Origin: an uncultured Candidatus Saccharibacteria bacterium
GTDB lineage: Bacteria; Patescibacteriota; Saccharimonadia; CAILAD01; BJGX01
NCBI GenBank assembly: GCA_964390265.1
Contig: CAYMHI010000002.1
Span: forward strand, 4,254 to 68,253
Direction: 5' to 3'
Length of the DNA: 64,000 nucleotides
Shown piece after piece: positions 59,652-64,000 of the stretch. Positions within the stretch are counted from its first letter, which is position 1, and each line of letters begins with the position of its first letter. The notes beneath the pieces were generated by a model. The model had not been told where the DNA came from, made no database searches, and saw nothing but the letters and a program-made list of their open reading frames with translations. A program made the translations under genes and the position numbers.

Positions 59652-60791
59652 GTGGCCAACAACGAACACAAAACCAAATTAATCAAACTACTAGCTCAAG
59701 CCGATGTGAAAGTAGGAGGTAGTAGAGCTCAAGATATTCAAATACACGACGAGCGATTTTACGATAGGGTGTTTAGCGATGGTAGTTTGGGCGTTGGTGA
59801 AAGCTATATGGATGGCTGGTGGAGCTCTAAACAGCTAGACAAGACAATGACGCTGGTTTTTAAAGCTCAATTAAGCGATAGGCTCGGGCTAGACGACAAG
59901 GTTAAATTTGCTCTGTATCATATTAAAGCTCGAATTGCCAACCAACAAGCTGGCAAAAAAGCATATAAGAATGCCCAAAGTCATTATGATATTGGCAATG
60001 ATTTGTATGAGCCAATGCTGGGGCGCACCATGGCTTACACTTGTGCTTATTGGGCTAGGGGAGCCAAGACTCTCGACCAAGCCCAGACCGATAAGTATGA
60101 ATTGATATGCCAAAAGCTTGGTCTTAAGCGCGGTATGACAGTACTCGATGTAGGCTGTGGTTGGGGTGAGCTAGCAATATATATGGCTAAAAAGTATGGC
60201 TGTGAGGTTGTTTGTCTTACGCCGGCTCACGAGCAAATAGCCTATATTAAGGCTCACGCAAAAGGCCTTAAGGTAAAGCCTATCTTAACAACTTGGCAAG
60301 ACTACCCGGGCAAGACTAAGTTTGATAGAATTGCCGCAATTGGTGTGATGGAGCATGTGGGGCCCAAAAATTATAATGCATTTTTAACCAAGATGCACAA
60401 CCTGGTAAAACCAGATGGTTTATTTATACTCCATACTATTGGTAGCAACAGAAGTATAGTTTCTATGGACCCCTGGATAGATACCTATATTTTCCCTGGA
60501 GGAGTATTGCCATCTATCAAACAAATTGCCGCCGCCGCAGAAGGCAAGTTTGTGATGGAAGACTGGCACAATATGGGTGCTAATTATGACCCAACACTTA
60601 TGAGCTGGTACAAAAACTTTATTAAGGCTTATCCCAAGCTAGATCACGAAAAGTACGACGAACGCTTTAAGCGCATGTGGGAGTTTTATTTGCTAGCTTG
60701 TGCTGGACAGTTTAGATCTCGCAATATTCAACTCTGGCAAGTAGTCTATAGCCCGCGCGGTGTCGAAGGCGGCTATAAGTCGGTTCGCTAA
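59652..60791 (+). CDS. cfa: Cyclopropane-fatty-acyl-phospholipid synthase
   Basis: LGVGESYMDGWW, HYDIGNDLY, VLDVGCGWG, YIFPGG, RMWEFYL. Confidence 0.95.
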   Translation: MANNEHKTKLIKLLAQADVKVGGSRAQDIQIHDERFYDRVFSDGSLGVGESYMDGWWSSKQLDKTMTLVFKAQLSDRLGLDDKVKFALYHIKARIANQQAGKKAYKNAQSHYDIGNDLYEPMLGRTMAYTCAYWARGAKTLDQAQTDKYELICQKLGLKRGMTVLDVGCGWGELAIYMAKKYGCEVVCLTPAHEQIAYIKAHAKGLKVKPILTTWQDYPGKTKFDRIAAIGVMEHVGPKNYNAFLTKMHNLVKPDGLFILHTIGSNRSIVSMDPWIDTYIFPGGVLPSIKQIAAAAEGKFVMEDWHNMGANYDPTLMSWYKNFIKAYPKLDHEKYDERFKRMWEFYLLACAGQFRSRNIQLWQVVYSPRGVEGGYKSVR

Positions 60792-60845
60792 TATTTTTAC
60801 AAAAGTTAGCTATGCCTATTACATATTTAAGGTACAATTAAATAT

Positions 60846-62633
60846 ATGGCAAAAACAACCCAAGAAACTAAGACCTGGAATTTAGATGATATTATCATGC
60901 TCGATAAGTTTCCAGAGACACTCAAACAGGCATATGCTCAGATAGATCAACTGGCAGAGTTTTATGCCGAGAGCGTAGAACCTGGCATGACAGAACAGGA
61001 CTTTGTCACATTTTCGAGCCTTAATGAGTCTACTATTGAGTTACTGATGAGGCTTGGTAGCAGGGCTGAGCTTATGCAGTTTGCTGATCAAAAAGATCCA
61101 CAAGCACTCAAGCTCAAGAGTCAATGCAAAGACATTGAGCAATATTATACCGAGAAGATGCAATCAGCTGGACTTTGGCTAGAGGGCAAAGAAGTGGAGG
61201 GTAAACTACAACTTGATGACGCCAATGCAGCACGTCTTTTTGCGAGCGTGCCAGATTTAGAATATCAGTTGCTCTACGATCGTTCTATGGCAAGCCACAG
61301 CCTCCCTGTCGACCAAGAAAACATTATTTCCGCAAAAAATCAGAATGGTACCTCGGTACTTTTTGACCTTTACGGCTTACTCGATGCCGAAATGTCATAT
61401 CGCTTTGTCTCTCAAAAAGGTGAAGTAAAGGTGCTCACTCGGGGTGAAGTAGATACACTCAAGAGTTCTGGCGATGCATATGCTCGCAAAGAAGCATTTA
61501 GGTGTTTCTTTGAGGCGTACAGTAAAAACATCGAGAAGTTCTTTATGATCTATCAGGCTCGAGTTAAAGACTGGATATATACTGCCAAGCTTAGGGGCTA
61601 TCCTACGTCTATTTCAATGCGCAATGCTGCCAATCACGTCCCAGATGAGGCTATCAATACGCTTCTTCAGGTGTGTATGGCAAATAGTAAGGTATATCAC
61701 AGATATTTTGACTACAAGGCCAGGTTTTTAGGGCAGACTAAGCTATCACGATTTGATTTGTATGCTCCGGTTGGCGAAGATACCACAAACATCTCATATG
61801 ACGACGCTGTAGATTTGGTACTCGAGGCATATCAAGAATTTGATGCAGAATTTGCCGCTAAGGCTCGTAGTATTGTTGATGCTAGTCATATTGATTATCA
61901 ACAAAGAAATAATAAGATAAGTGGTGCATTTTGTGCGGGTATCGCTCCCAGTATTACGCCCTATGTGCTTACCAACTTCGCCGGCAAGGGAAGAGATGTG
62001 AGTACCATCGCGCATGAGCTTGGCCATGGTATACACTATCTTTTCGGTAATCACCTGAGCATCTCTGCACAACATACTACACTGCCACTCGGTGAGACTG
62101 CATCTACTTTCGGCGAGATGATACTTTTTGACAAGCTACTCTCAATGGCGAAGGATGATGACCAAAAACGATTTTTGCTAGCAGACAGGCTTGCTGATAG
62201 CTATGCGGGAATAGTACGTCAAAATTCATTTACTCAGTTTGAAATAGTTGCGCACCAAGAGCTGTCAAAAGGAGTCTCTGAAGAGGAACTATCGAAGCTT
62301 TGGCTCAAGAGCTTGCAAGATCATTTTGGAGAAAGTGTAGAACTTGACGACATGTTTGGCCGAGAGTGGGCATATATATCACATCTTTTTGATCGTCCAT
62401 TCTACTGCTATGCGTACTCGTTTGGTGAGCTACTAAGTATGTCGCTTTATAAGCGCTACAAAGACGAAGGTGAAAGTTTTGTACCCAAGATTAAACAAAT
62501 ATTGAGTGCCGGTGGGTCGCAGTCACCCGAAAAAGTATTAGCCAAAGTTGGTATTGATATGACAAGTGCTCAGTTTTGGCAAGATAGCTTTAAGATAATT
62601 GAAGATTGGCAGGATCAACTAGAAAAGCTATGA
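60846..62633 (+). CDS. pepF: M3B oligoendopeptidase F
   Basis: TWNLDDI, GAFC, AHELGHGIH, ETASTFGE, PFYCYAY. Confidence 0.9.
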   Translation: MAKTTQETKTWNLDDIIMLDKFPETLKQAYAQIDQLAEFYAESVEPGMTEQDFVTFSSLNESTIELLMRLGSRAELMQFADQKDPQALKLKSQCKDIEQYYTEKMQSAGLWLEGKEVEGKLQLDDANAARLFASVPDLEYQLLYDRSMASHSLPVDQENIISAKNQNGTSVLFDLYGLLDAEMSYRFVSQKGEVKVLTRGEVDTLKSSGDAYARKEAFRCFFEAYSKNIEKFFMIYQARVKDWIYTAKLRGYPTSISMRNAANHVPDEAINTLLQVCMANSKVYHRYFDYKARFLGQTKLSRFDLYAPVGEDTTNISYDDAVDLVLEAYQEFDAEFAAKARSIVDASHIDYQQRNNKISGAFCAGIAPSITPYVLTNFAGKGRDVSTIAHELGHGIHYLFGNHLSISAQHTTLPLGETASTFGEMILFDKLLSMAKDDDQKRFLLADRLADSYAGIVRQNSFTQFEIVAHQELSKGVSEEELSKLWLKSLQDHFGESVELDDMFGREWAYISHLFDRPFYCYAYSFGELLSMSLYKRYKDEGESFVPKIKQILSAGGSQSPEKVLAKVGIDMTSAQFWQDSFKIIEDWQDQLEKL

Positions 62634-63034
62634 TCAAGTTTGTACTCTGGGATTTTTATAATGTCTTGTACTTTCCTCGCACCGACCAGCTCAATACAGA
62701 GCTAATAGAGTTTATAGAAGACCACAACAAAAAATATGGCTTTGGAGTACTAACGGCCGTAAATTCTGATATTACCAACTGGCTACAAGAGCGTAAGGTA
62801 AAACGTTACTTTGAATTTATTAAAAATACTACTGAGCTAGGATTGCCAAAAACCGATCCTGGTCTTTACGAAACAGTCCTAAACAGTCTGGGCTTTAAAC
62901 CCAACCAAGTACTAATGGTTGACGACTTAAGCGAAAATTTAGTGGCCGCTAATGAGGCCGGCTTACTAACTCTTAAATATCGAAAAACAGTGCCATTTAG
63001 TAAACAACTAAACGAAGCTAATATTAAGCTGTAG
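62630..63034 (+). CDS. Short HAD-like hydrolase
   Basis: IKFVLWDF, GLPKTDP, LMVDDLSENL. Confidence 0.75.
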   Translation: MIKFVLWDFYNVLYFPRTDQLNTELIEFIEDHNKKYGFGVLTAVNSDITNWLQERKVKRYFEFIKNTTELGLPKTDPGLYETVLNSLGFKPNQVLMVDDLSENLVAANEAGLLTLKYRKTVPFSKQLNEANIKL

Positions 63035-63035
63035 C

Positions 63036-63413
63036 TTATTTCTTTTTTAGATCTAGTGCGCAAGAATTTATACAAAACCGTTGACCAGTAGTCTCTTTGG
63101 GGCCGTCTTCAAACATGTGGCCCAAGTGCGCACCGCATTTACTACAAACTACCTCGGTGCGCTTCATTCCCAATGTATTATCTTCTATAAGCTTGGTTGA
63201 GCCTGGTACGGCCTGGTCAAAGCTTGGCCAACCTGTTCCGCTATCAAACTTTGTGCCACTCTCAAATAGTTTTTGACCACAAACTACGCAGTGGTAACTA
63301 CCATCGGTATGCTCATTTACATATTTGCCAGTAAATGGTGTTTCGGTCGCTTTGTTTTGCGTCACCTCGTAAGTTAGTGGGTCAAGTTTAGTTTTGAGAT
63401 CTTCTTTGTTCAT
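63036..63413 (-). CDS. msrB: Peptide-methionine (R)-S-oxide reductase MsrB
   Basis: TETPFTG, GTGWPSF, HLGHMF.DGP, RFCINS. Confidence 0.97.
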   Translation of the reverse strand: MNKEDLKTKLDPLTYEVTQNKATETPFTGKYVNEHTDGSYHCVVCGQKLFESGTKFDSGTGWPSFDQAVPGSTKLIEDNTLGMKRTEVVCSKCGAHLGHMFEDGPKETTGQRFCINSCALDLKKK

Positions 63414-63447
63414 AGGTTTATTGTAACACTACATGTAAAATGAAATA

Positions 63448-64000
63448 ATGACGAAAAAAGAATTTGTACAATCTGAACGCCAGTTTACGGTTGATTTACT
63501 TAAGAAGCTTAAGCCCGAGCAGTGGAATACACAAACACTATGTGAAGGGTGGAGTGTAGAAGAATTGGCTGCTCACTTGATAACTCGTGAGCGAAATATA
63601 ATAGGCGGTATTGGGCTGGTGGTGCCTAGCTTGCAAAAACTGCATGAAAATCGATTGGCTAAAGTGGCCATGCATGGCCACGAGTACATTATTGAAAAAC
63701 TACAAAATTATCCATGGTACATACCGGCCAGTGTAAATGTTGCCGAGTTTTGGGTACACAACGAAGACTTTTTGCGAGGAGAGCTAAAAATGAAACGCCC
63801 GGCTCCTACCAAGAAAGAAAATGATATTATTTGGAGTAGCCTTAAAGGCTTGGTAAAAGTTAGAAAGACAATGTTAAAAGACCTAGGTAATGTAAGATTA
63901 GAAAACACAGAAAATAACGAAGTGATTGATATTCAATTTAAAAATAGTCATAAAAAGACAGTCGTACGAGGAAATGCAGGTGAACTGCTTCTGTTTTTCT
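63448..64000 (+). CDS. Mycothiol-dependent maleylpyruvate isomerase (DinB-like) family protein, partial
   Basis: Manual translation: ERQ...QWNTQTLCEGWSVEELAAHLITRE...NVAEFWVHNEDF; runs off window edge. Confidence 0.75.
   Translation, partial: MTKKEFVQSERQFTVDLLKKLKPEQWNTQTLCEGWSVEELAAHLITRERNIIGGIGLVVPSLQKLHENRLAKVAMHGHEYIIEKLQNYPWYIPASVNVAEFWVHNEDFLRGELKMKRPAPTKKENDIIWSSLKGLVKVRKTMLKDLGNVRLENTENNEVIDIQFKNSHKKTVVRGNAGELLLFF

Overview
This window looks like the chromosomal origin region of an AT-rich, small-genome bacterium, most likely Patescibacteria/CPR (inferred from gene content). It begins with mnmE-jag-yidC-yidD-rnpA-rpmH / oriC / dnaA-dnaN-recF. A chromosomal T4SS-like locus follows directly (VirB4, PrgI, VirB6-like, four VirB2-like pilins, two peptidoglycan hydrolases). 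The rest holds housekeeping genes (valS, tsaD, pheA, two FemABX, manB, groES-groEL with CIRCE, PGI/PMI, NAD kinase, cfa, pepF, msrB) and nine tRNAs. The most striking content is non-coding. (1) A minus-strand array at about 37.7-41.65 kb consists of small, often Cys/His-rich orphan genes separated by four intact type III hammerhead ribozymes. Each hammerhead has a conserved hairpin just upstream. Three other junctions carry a second, unidentified structured motif in the same slot, and a boxA-like hexamer sits ahead of most RBSs. (2) Two highly structured ORF-less units of about 850-925 nt each have their own sigma70 promoter and terminator and are candidate large ncRNAs (44.87-45.79 kb and 55.93-56.78 kb). 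(3) Two homologous elements with an identical 165-bp period duplicate the 3' 17 bp of two different tRNAs. Protein-level oddities include an S74 autocleaving chaperone domain on the VirB6-like protein, a TmsA/BfaA-like reductase next to cfa, and a very GC-rich 526-aa orphan flanked by RNA structures. All structures were read by eye; no folding or database searches were run.
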